A stretch of DNA of 64,000 bases from Vicugna vicugna (Eukaryota): assembly GCA_013265495.1 (NCBI GenBank), contig MU058844.1:248001-312000 (forward strand), read 5' to 3'. This document shows, in pieces, positions 53,471 to 64,000 of this stretch. Position numbers and translations under genes: made by a program. Below the pieces are notes generated by a model. It was not told where the DNA came from. It did no database searches and was given only the letters and a program-made list of their open reading frames with translations. The first letter of the stretch is position 1. Every line of letters starts with the position of its first letter.

Positions 53471-55145
53471 CACATGTAATCTGGAAGAGAGAGAAGACAG
53501 CCATAAAATAATCTCAGAAAAATGTGTAATGCACTGCGATTGGTGCTACAAAGGAAGGGTACATGGTACCCTGAGAAAGTACAACCTAGATTAGGAGGAG
53601 GGGTCGGGTCAGGAAGGGGAAGCACACCTGTCAAGCCCCAGATTTGGGAGGGTGTGGGAAGGACAATAGGTTGGAGAGCTTCTCTGAGGAACAGTGGACA
53701 GTTCTGGTTGAGCCCTCGCCGCGTGCCAGGTACCATGTTCATGCCGGGCACTTTGGATAAATCCTCGAGTTTATGTCACAACAACCCCACCAGATAGGTA
53801 TTGCTCCCAGGCCCTTCTAGTACCTCTTGAGATCAGAGAACATTCCTTGGAACCATGTGAAGACAGAAGTGCCAGGCCTGGTGGGCATCAAGTCAAAAGC
53901 ACAAAACACTGATGGGGGCTGAGATCACGCTGGCCAGTTCTCTGAGTAGGGAGAGGAGTTGTAAGGAAAATAGAGAGGCAAGCTGAACTAGGACTCCTTT
54001 GTGGAAAATGAAAAAGGAAAGCAAGCAACATAAACTGAAGAGCAAAGCAAGTTTTACTAAATCTACACACAATAGTATTGATCATTCTAACAAAATTCAG
54101 TAACATTTTAGATTTGGTGTACTCCTACACTCATTCAGCAATGCTGCATTTTGAGAACTGCAGAAATCAAGTAAACTGTGCTAAAACAGAATAAAATGAC
54201 TCTCAGGGCAACTAATAGTACATTGTAATGAAAGAGGGTTTAAAAAATATTTTTGGTAAGCAGTTATGTAGCTGATTTCTATACCTGATGGGGCAAAATT
54301 TGTTGAAATAAGACAACCTGCAAAGCAAAAATCACATTGTGACAATTTCTGGCTTTTAATTAGAAGAGGTAGGTATTTGTAAGCAAAATTTGCACAGCAT
54401 AAGTCCCTACTTGGGTCTCTTCTGGGTCTACTGCAGACCTGTGGTAATGATTGGCCAGAAGTTCATTTCTCTAGGACACCTCCCTGGAGAGAATTCATCC
54501 CAAACCAACGCAGTTGGAGCCCAGAAATTTCTGGTTTAAGAAGGCAGGATTGAGAAAAGCTGTTTTGGTGTCAGACCTGGGTTTGTGTCACTTTCAGGCT
54601 ATGTGACTTCAGTCAAATTACCAAATCCCTACTAAGCCTTAGTCTTTTTGTCTGTAAAATAGAGTAATAACACCAATCTCACTGGGCTGTGAGAATCCCT
54701 GTGAAGCTCTGAAAGTTGAGCAAGTCTCCACATTTGAAAATGAAACACTGGGCACAGGCATTAGTATGAGAAAGCACTGGCTTGTCCTTTTCATCTTTCC
54801 AATATTTGCTAGTTTCTCTTTGTAACTAGAGAGCAAATTCAGGTTCAGAACCTCTGTTCTGCTGACATTGTATTTGTTCTTATTGGATATTTTCTATTTA
54901 TGGTAAATGATACTGGATTTCCACTCAACAGAGACATACAGTTCATTTTATTTAAGGGAAAAGTGAGTTATTGAAAGGAAAAACTTAAGTTAATAGTGAT
55001 TCAGAGAGAATTATGAAGGTGACACACAATGGTGTGTGTGGCACCAGTCTGGGGAAAGAAGATGTGAAGAAGGTGGCTGGGTGGCTGCACTTGGAAAGGT
55101 ACTGCATTTCAGCACGATGCTACCACCGGCCTCTATCCTGAAGGT

Positions 55146-55200
55146 TTTTTTGGTTTTGTTCTTTTTTTTTTTTTTTGGTTTTTTTTTTTTTTTTTTGGTT
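55146..55200. repeat. Poly-T tracts interrupted by GG (low complexity)
   Basis: Directly visible. Confidence 0.9.
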
Positions 55201-57539
55201 CTCTGAGTTCTCCTGCTATTTTAAGGAACCATGAGCCGCTGACAAGAAGGTACTCAGCATTCTTGAGAAAATACTTTCCATTTCGCTACTGGTTCTCCCT
55301 GTTTCCTTCTGCTCAGACTTTCAAGCCTCCTTCAAATTTTCTTGCAAGGAGCCCTGATGCAAAAACCAGGATCTCTACGTTTGAAAAGAAAAAGTACTGC
55401 AGCAGAGACTACGCCTGTTCATTTTTCATTCTCCATCTTTCTTGGATACAGTGGAAAACTACACCTCCTGATCTCCTTATAATTCTGTGAGTCCATGAGA
55501 CCTGGTTCTGGCCAATGAGCTCTGAATAGAAGTGATGTGTAGCATTTAAGAGGGGGTATCTCTTCCTCTTTTGCGGTGGCCTGGGAGCTCTGTGGTGGAG
55601 ACACCAGATGCAAGTGGATTCAGTCCCTGAGCGCCCACTTGGAAAGAAGCTACCCAAAAGGTTCACCAGACCTGCAGTGTATTTGGGTGAGTGAGACATA
55701 ACCCTTATTTGTTATGCCACTGAGAGGTTGCCACACTTAACCTAGCCTTTCCTGGCCAATAGAAGGACATCTCATCAGGATGCTATTCATTACATTATAA
55801 AACACTTTCCACAACTGAAAGAGTAATTTTCTCCAGAGTATAAAGGAAATTCCTGAACTGTTCAAGAGGATTTTCAAACAAGGATTACTTGAAACTATAG
55901 AACCCCAGCGCTCAACAAGTTGCCACCTATGCAGTGGGACCCCAGACAGGACTGGGGGGTGAGAGATGTGGAGGATGAAAAGGGAAGGTGAAATAATGTT
56001 GCAAATTCTATTTTTAAGAAAACATCTCTTTCCCAGAGCCAGCCCACCTTCAGCTTCGTGGTTGATAGAAGTGCTCAGCACGATTCTGGTAGATAAATGT
56101 GAGTCCTTATCCTCCTCTGAAACCAAGGGTGAGAATCATTTGCTGCTCTGGGAAGGTTCCTATTTGTTTCTGTTGTCAAAATTAACCCTGTAGCCTTTCA
56201 CAAAACCAAAGAAGACGCTTCTCCTGTGTGTGAGTATATTTTCTTGTTGTTGTTTTAAAAGTCACATGGAGAACTCTCACCCAAAGATCTACCCAACCAA
56301 GCCTTCTGCAGAATTAAAAGTAGCAGCATAATTATGAGAAAACTGTATATGCAAATGTCTTTGTTTTATAAAAAGAAGGCTTCAGATTGGCTTGATGATT
56401 TTGCATGTTCTCAAACACGTACACATCACGTGATATGTAATTCTAACAACAGCCTCCACCTGCGGAGCACATTCTGCACTAAGCACTATGCCTGCCCTTC
56501 ACAGACTCCTCCCAACAGCTGCACAAGGTGGATGTTGATATTGTTCTCAATTCAGACATAAGAGAGGGTTCAGCACTTTGTATAAGTCACACAGCTAGTG
56601 AGTGGCAGACGCAGGATTCAAACCAGGCCTATCTGATTCCAAAGCCTGTGCTGTTTCTGGAACCACAGGCATTACCGTGGCTCTGGTTCAGAGGAGGAAA
56701 GGATACAGGGAGGTTAGGCTGTTTCCTGAACATCCCTATGAGATCAATGAGAGAGCTTTGCAGCATGAGTCATTTATGAGGAGCTTTTCTGTTGGTAAAA
56801 TATTTATTTTCAAAACTGCTTAATGGCCTCCTCCTGGGATGGAGGGAGCTAGGTGATGACTTCATTTGTCACTCAGAGCACTTGGTGATTTGAGTGGCTA
56901 CTCCCACTCCAATCCCAGGGCCCAAGGAAACCAAACAGGTCCCATTGCAGTGCCTGGCATGTCCCCAGACACACTTGGAGATGTTCTAGGTCACGAGACC
57001 CAAGTACAAGAATCCAAGGATGGAATCATCATAACAGCTATTATACCTGCACTAGTCCTCATAACAGCCTTGCAAAGGGACTTGCTGAGAATCAGAGAGG
57101 TAAGGAACTTGCCCAAGGTCACACAGTAAGTGGGGCTGAGTTCTAAGCCAGGCAGGCCAGCTCTGGAACCAGCTTGTGTACACATGGTGTACTAAAGGTA
57201 AAGTAGATTGGAAGCCTTGCAGGTTAGGTCTAGGCCTCGCTGTGCCACTAACTAGCTATACGTCCTTGAGCAAGTCACATAATTTTCTTAGGTCTTATTT
57301 TCTCTATCTGTGACTAAGGGCCTTCCTAAAAGTCTATTATGATGATTGTCCCAAAGTCAAGAGAATAACAGAGAAAAGAGTGTGCTTCTGTCTATGAGAT
57401 ATTTTGGCCTCAAATGTGGAGCGTGGGTATCCAGAGATGCTAAAAAACTACTTTCTCCATCACTGGCACCATCATTTCACAACTACTGCTTAATAAATAT
57501 TATTTCTAATCCTCACAAACAAGCGTGAAAGGTAAATAT

Positions 57540-57990
57540 GTGTGGTGGACATCTATCGTTTAGCCTTCCTGGCATTTCTCCACTCCCTTCTTTAGAGGAG
57601 TACCCCTTCACCAGCTCCAACGTGTGCTTCTACCGAGGGTTGTCCATCACAGTAAACCACCCACCCTTGCCAAAGCTGATTGGTCCACAGGTCAGCATGT
57701 GATCCAAGTCAGGCCAGTCAGATCCTTCTCAGGGGGTCACAGGGAAGAGATGAAATCTCACTCTGGTGCAGAAGCTGTGAAATGTGAAGCCATGTTTCCC
57801 ACCACTGGAAGCCACCGTCCTTAAGAATTAAAACAGTTGCATATAGAAACAAGCCTAAAACAGACACAGAAAGAAGTGCCCTAACAGTGTTGCAGACCCT
57901 GGTTCCAATTGTCACTGAACTCCAGCTATACCCGACCCTTCCTGGGCTTATCAGAGATAAACCAGATAAGCGATTCTCTGGTTAATCCCC
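57540..57990 (+). mobile_element. ERVL LTR (LTR16-like)
   Basis: 'tgtggtggacatctatcg...gctgattggtccacaggtcagcatgtgatccaagtcaggccagtcagatc'. Confidence 0.55.
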
Positions 57991-59297
57991 GTTTATGTAC
58001 GTACATAAAGCCTTGCATCACCCAATCTATTTGCACACACTGTCGACCTGTGTAAACCTGCCTGGTGGGCAATTTGAGGACCTTGGAGCCAAGAACCTTG
58101 GGCTGATTGGAAATGGCTGTTCCCATCACACGACAATGCAGGGGAATAACACAAACAACAGCCCATCGTCACTTAAGCTGTTGGTATTTGTTCACCATGA
58201 ATTTATTCTGTGTTTATGTTTAAGTTTCTGCGTTCAAATATTATTTCACTTGATTACTAAGTTTTTCGGCACCCCTGTGAAATTTGTTGCCAGAAGTAAG
58301 TGCATCACTTGCCCCACCCTAATTCTGACTTTGGTCTTTAATTCATTCTGCAAAGACTTCATTTCCTAAAGCAGGGATCTATAACAGGTGTAACTCCATG
58401 CCCTTTCCTGGGGTGTATCCTTTGGATCCAGCATAAGCTTGAATAATGTCAGGTGTATACCTTCAGGAACCAGGTTTCCCTTTGGAAACTTTGTTTTCAG
58501 CACATGCCATCTCTTGAAAATTGTGATCTGGGTGGGAGAAGGGGCCACTCTTCTGCCAGATTTTGTTGCATGGAAGATGCTGGTGGTTGGATGATGTAGA
58601 AAAGCAACATCTGGTTTCAATGATACTTTTTTCTGCTTAAAATCATTTCTAGAAAATTTGCCACTTTTATTTAATGCTCAGGAGATAGTCCATGGTCTTA
58701 ATATTGGGCTCAGAACAAGATGTTAGAACATACATTTTATTAAAGCATTTCCTTCTTATTAAGAAGATGTTGGAGGCACATTTTCTAGCCTACCCAGGAG
58801 CTAGGTACAATCTGAATCAAACTGAAGAATGACATTTCCCTGGTCCAGTTTCCCAGTTCTGACTGGACAACACCCAAATGTACTGCCTGTTGCTCAAGAA
58901 ATGTCACAGAATTCCTTGAACAAAATTAAATGTGTCCCCTCCTCCTAAAAAAAATTAAATGTGTGCTTGCTTTCAACTCTAAAGGACAGGATACACAGCA
59001 CCTTCCTGGATGATTGTTTTAAATGATGTGATGAAATTAAGTAAGTACTGATGAGGGATGTGGTGAGACAGTCCTAAGGAGGCTGAGCACTCCCAGCCCA
59101 GATCCAAGTGCTAGAACTTCTCAGCAAACTAGATGCAGATGCAAAAAGGAACAAAAATGAGGCCTCACCCAACTCCACGAAGTACTAGCCGTGTGACCTT
59201 GGCAAGTAACTTACTCTCTCTTTTTCTCGTGTGTTCAAAGGGCCAGTTAGGGCTTGACTCCTTGTGTTGCTGTGAGGTTAAGTAGAAATTATCTGTC

Positions 59298-59690
59298 TGT
59301 GGCACAGACTTCCTGTGACCTCCCATTTCCACCTTTTCTTATTCTATAGGAACAGGAAGCCCAATTTTTATAGCTGTCACATATGGCTGAGCGGAATAAA
59401 GACTACATTTCCCAGCTTTATTTACAGCCAGATGTGCTCATGTGACTCACTTCTGGCCAAGGAAATATGAACAACAACTAGTGACGGAGAGCCACGCGCC
59501 ATTCTGGACTGTGGTGTGAGAGCAACACCCAGGGACAGCAGAGTAATAAGACAGGAGGAGTTGGGGTCCTCACTGCCATGGACCCATCACTTCAGCCGTG
59601 GACTGCATATGTCCAGACTGTTCTGTGAGTGACGTCCCTGTTACTTTGGTCCCTGGTATGGCAAATGAACGTGTATCCTAATTAATATTC
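59298..59690 (+). mobile_element. MaLR LTR (MLT1J-like)
   Basis: 'tgtggcacagac...aataaagactacatttcccagc...catgtgactcacttctggccaa...atcctaattaata'. Confidence 0.7.
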
Positions 59691-62309
59691 CACGTACAGT
59701 GTTAGGCAAGTGACTGACACATTATAAAGCGTGTAAAATGTCAGCTAGGAAGCTGACGCTGATGGTTATGAAGCCTACATCTACCAGCCCTCAGAAGAGC
59801 ATCAGACAATTAGAACAAAATGAAGAGCTACACAATTTGAAGGACAATTCCCCTCCCCGCCTTTTACTCCATTCTCTGACTCAAGTGACATTAATGCAAA
59901 ACATATGTAGGCAAAGGACATCTACCCATGATCAGTTCATACGATTCCTTTTTATTAATTACAAATGCACCTCAAGGGAAGGAAAAACATTTCTATGGAA
60001 CCATCTTCTACATGAAAAATCAAATTGTATCACTATATGCTTTATTGTTCATATTTTCCATATTTACTTCAGATTATTTTTTTTTTAACAAAGCATCACA
60101 GATGTGGTTGAAGCCTCTGACCTCAGCCATTCAGTTTCTTTGAAAGTGGCTGAGTACCTCCCCATTGTGCATTTGTGTCTTAATGAGCACGTGTATCCGT
60201 AAGAAATACATAGCATAGCTTTGGAAAATTTGAAATCTTACTTATATTGGTTATACATTGTGTGTAACACTTGGCAACTTGCTCATTTAGGAGACCGTTA
60301 AAAACAATGCCGTAACAATCATCCTTGTTAAATGTGGGGAGGGAGGTGTCATGTTCTTCTCCATGCTGTTTGTGTGTTTAAGCACAATTTTAAATAAAAA
60401 GTAAGAATTTAAAAGAACTACTTAGAAGCTGTATGGACTTATAAAATCAGCAAGATCACTCAGGTTGGGGATGGGAGTAGGGGGAGGACATGACTGGTTG
60501 TTGCCTAAATATTTTACCCTATATGTGAGCAGTCAACTTTTTCTTTAAACCCAACATGTGAAAATTCTGAACTTACCAAGTGGGTATGTGAATAGATGAC
60601 TTTACAAATACAGTCTAACTTTCTAAAATGCCCACCACAGTTTTTTTTTCTAAAAACACTCAATTCAGGTATATTTGATTGGTATAATGATACATATAAT
60701 ATATTTGACAAAATTACTTCTTTATTATTTATTGCAGTTAATTTTGATAGGTGAGCAATGAAACTCTTTCAAACATGAAAATATTAGATCTGGATAAAAT
60801 GAATCATTTCTTCTTGGTCTGAGGAATAAAAATGCAGGCTACTGAGATATCAATTTTTTTAAATGTATCTCCCCATACTTTGTTTATATATGGTCTATTC
60901 ATGCGAGGATAGCGCCTACTTCTCGCATTTTTCCCCACCATGAGAGGAGTAACAGTGACAAAAATTCTTCTTTTTTTTTTTTTTTTAAGAATTCTATGTG
61001 TTCAGAAGAATAGGAAGAAAAGAATATGTTTGGAAACTGAGCTTTCTGCCCAGTTGCCCCACCTCCCAAGCCAGAGCGGACAGCTGGGCTGCTGACCCAA
61101 GCTGGGCTGGGTCAGTTCCATTCTCTGACCCAGAATTTGGACTTGAGGGATGGAGTCAAGGTCTTTTGGTTACATAAGCTAATGAAAGATGATGTTGTGA
61201 GGTGTGTGGCAGCTGTGCACAGAGAAGCAGATAGAGCTGGTCCATAGAGAATGAGAAGAGAAGAGAAGAGATGGAGAAGTGGGGACGAGGAGCCATGGAT
61301 CCCAGAAAGGAGGCCTTAAGAGGACAGCGCCCTAGACAGAAGGTGTTCTGGTCTCTCCACAGCCTCCAACACTGGTCATCCTTGGAGTCCATGCGATAAC
61401 CTTGTGTCCTTAGAGTAAAACCCTTGTCCTATTTATGTTACCTCAAGTATATATGTATATGTGTAAATATTTATTTTTGCTTAAGCTACTTTGAAGTAGG
61501 TTTCTGTTACTTGCAAGCAAAAAAGCCTTGACTCTTACAACTCCCAGTGCAGGCATTCTGTGAGGCTGCCACCCACTGCCTCACCTCGCCACACAAATAG
61601 TGGTGCTTTTACATACTCAGTACACGGGGAGGACTCATCAGGAAACGGCCAGCACTACAGTGTTCTCCCTCTGAGAGCTGTCAAATTAGAAACAAGTATA
61701 TCATCTCCATGTGGGTGTTCCCCAGACTTTTATTTGGCAACCGAACCATCACTTATTGTTTTCCATATGCTGTTTACATGAGATCAGTGCGCTTAAGTCA
61801 GAAATTTTCCAGGTGCAGCTACTCTGATAATGCATTGCCAGTCATCTCGGTAAACACAAGATCCTGAACTTGATTCTTCTGCTAAAGCAATCAATGAGGA
61901 GCACGCAGCCACATTCCTGGTCCCACCCCTGGAGTTTGCTCATACTCTGATGGTGTTATTGGCCATTTTAAGGCTACGATCTACACGACTGCTGGAAACC
62001 CTTCAAACTGTCAAGCAATTACCCCAAATAACACTGTGTTGGAAAAATATCTTGGGTTTCTCCATAAAAAGAGAACACGATGAGAAGAACAAGGCAACTT
62101 GTAAATCCAATGGCTTATAAAAAATAAGAAAACAACAAGAAAAAAATGTCATTTACTATCTCCCATAGAGATGGACATAATTTCTTGATTGTTTACCTTG
62201 AATCTAATTATCAACAAAAGTTCATTGACGAACCTGGACCAGATCCCACGAAATAAACATCCCACCCCAGATGTCATTATGGAATGTGGAAAGGTAGGAG
62301 TAAGAAGTG

Positions 62310-62525
62310 GTCAAAAATGTGGGCTGTGGTATCCAGCTGGACCGACCTGGGTTCGAGACTAGGCTCTGCTTCTGAATGGCTGCGTGACTTGGGGCAGGGG
62401 GCCTAAACTTTCTGAATCTTGGTTTTCCCATCTGAAACATTGGGATAATAACAATGACTACCCCATGTCAGGCTGAAGCAAGACAGTGCGTGCAGAGCAC
62501 TCAGCACAACTGCACACAGGAACCC
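62310..62525 (+). mobile_element. MIR SINE
   Basis: 'gacctgggttcgagactaggctctgc...gtgacttggggcagg...ttttcccatctgaaacattgggataataac'. Confidence 0.8.
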
Positions 62526-63794
62526 CGGGAAATTGTTAGTGGGACTGTTACTGCCGTCGTTGAGGTGGTTGTTACCACGGAGTGGCCTGTTAAGCTGAAG
62601 GCTGCGGAGGCTCAAAGGTCTGGATTTCGAGCTATTTTTGCAAGCGATGAACTACTAAAAATAGGAGGCACTGTTTACTCTCATAGCTTCGGGGAGCAGC
62701 TATGACTTGGTCTCTGACCAAGTCGCTTCAGTGGTGGAGTAAACGGCCTTCTAACTGCCTCTCAGTTCAGACCACATCCTGCCTGGACCTCACTCCAGGG
62801 AGGTTTGGACGACTCTGAAAAGCAGCTCACGTGAAGTTGCACAGGCCAGGCCCTCTGGAAGGCTTTCCCAGAGGAGTGGGTCTGTTGTATTTCCGGCTTC
62901 ACCTAGGAAGCCGCAAAGATGGCACTTCCTGGGTTCTTTATCCCACCACTGCCACCTCATATAGTGTGAGGGCCAATGACTTTGGGGATCACAGAACACA
63001 GGGCTCAGAGGTACAGAAGAGCCCACTTCTCTCCTAGGAGCTGAGCAGTGAAGGAGAATCTTGCTACAACCCACCCTGTGGATTATCCTGACCATAATCC
63101 TAGAAGTTGAGGACCACCCAAACTCGATCCACTCCTGGTCCAAGGGACATCAAAGAGTAGGGACTCATCTCCAGAAATAATACCTCCCAAAGTCTCTTAG
63201 AGACCTGCCATTTACCTCTGAATCTTAATTGGAAACTGTATATGTTTCCTGGAGTTGATGTTTCCCATTGTAGGAAATATGCTCTCAAAGCCAACATGCT
63301 GTGTAGCTCACCTGACTTTATACAAGTGTATGGTATGTCTGATATGTATGTGTGTATGTGTATGTGTACATGTGTGTTCTCCAAATATGGAAGACGACAA
63401 TTTTCTTTTTCTTGTTTCTTCTTGACCACCCTGCAATCTACAGCATGTGCAGCATATATCTGAGCCTATGGTGATATGGTATCACAGTCACCGGCAAGCA
63501 ATGAATGACATCTAATCCCTTAAGGATTTTTTTAATTATATCTAGTTTATTTTTGTTATCAAAATTTTGGTGAAAATTTCCCAGTAAAGCCAACAGAGAG
63601 GGGAATAGGAGGCAAGAGTAAAGAAAGATTGCTATACAGTGTATCAAGATATTATATAATGCAATCAGAGTGAGTACACATGCTTAATTTTGTAACCACA
63701 CATAGATACAGAAGCACCGAATAGAATCACGGATCCTAGGGTTTAGAAGGGATTTCAGATTACCCAAATGCTGGATACTTTAAAAAAATAAAAA

Positions 63795-64000
63795 AATAAT
63801 TATTTGCAGACAATATGATTGTCTATATAGAAAAAAATCCAAAAGACTCTTCAGACAAACCACTAGAAATAGAAAAGTTGCTGGATACAAGTGCACATTC
63901 AAAAATCAATAATGATCAATAATGATCTCATATCCCAACAGAAAACTAATAGAAGGTATAATTAACAAACAAAACCAAGATTCCACTAACAGTGGCAACA
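63795..64000 (+). mobile_element. L1 ORF2 RT fragment (runs off window)
   Basis: 'ttatttgcagacaatatgattgtctatatagaa' = LFADNMIVYIE. Confidence 0.8.

Noticed and set aside
16200..64000. SOCS2 or another coding gene upstream of CRADD
   Set aside because: No SH2/SOCS-box or other recognisable host coding exon in the ORF track or sequence.

Overview
Mammalian (eukaryotic) genomic DNA, most likely camelid: the only young SINEs seen are tRNA-Ala-derived Vic-1-like, with no Alu, PRE-1 or Bov-tA. The window holds the 5' end of CRADD (RAIDD, the caspase-2 PIDDosome adaptor) on the minus strand. It has a CpG-rich promoter and non-coding exon 1 (~15.9-16.1 kb), a 1.3-kb intron 1, and coding exon 2 (14272-14575), which encodes the CARD domain. 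Positions 1-14271 are the start of intron 2, and the death-domain exon lies outside the window. Positions >16.2 kb are upstream intergenic DNA (toward SOCS2 if human synteny holds), dominated by L1, L2, MIR, MaLR/ERVL/ERV1 LTRs, hAT DNA transposons and SINEs. Nearly all other ORF-track entries are spurious. I found no prokaryotic-type system or new protein-coding gene. The most notable observations are: (i) a four-copy YY1/ETS-type promoter module; (ii) a module ATG that splices in frame to CRADD across a 26-nt poly-U tract, a possible homopolymer-dependent 48-aa N-terminal extension; (iii) a 33-bp apparently locally templated insertion inside a solo LTR; (iv) a polyadenylated orphan insert splitting an old L1. 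Repeat subfamily names are from recall and need RepeatMasker/Dfam confirmation.
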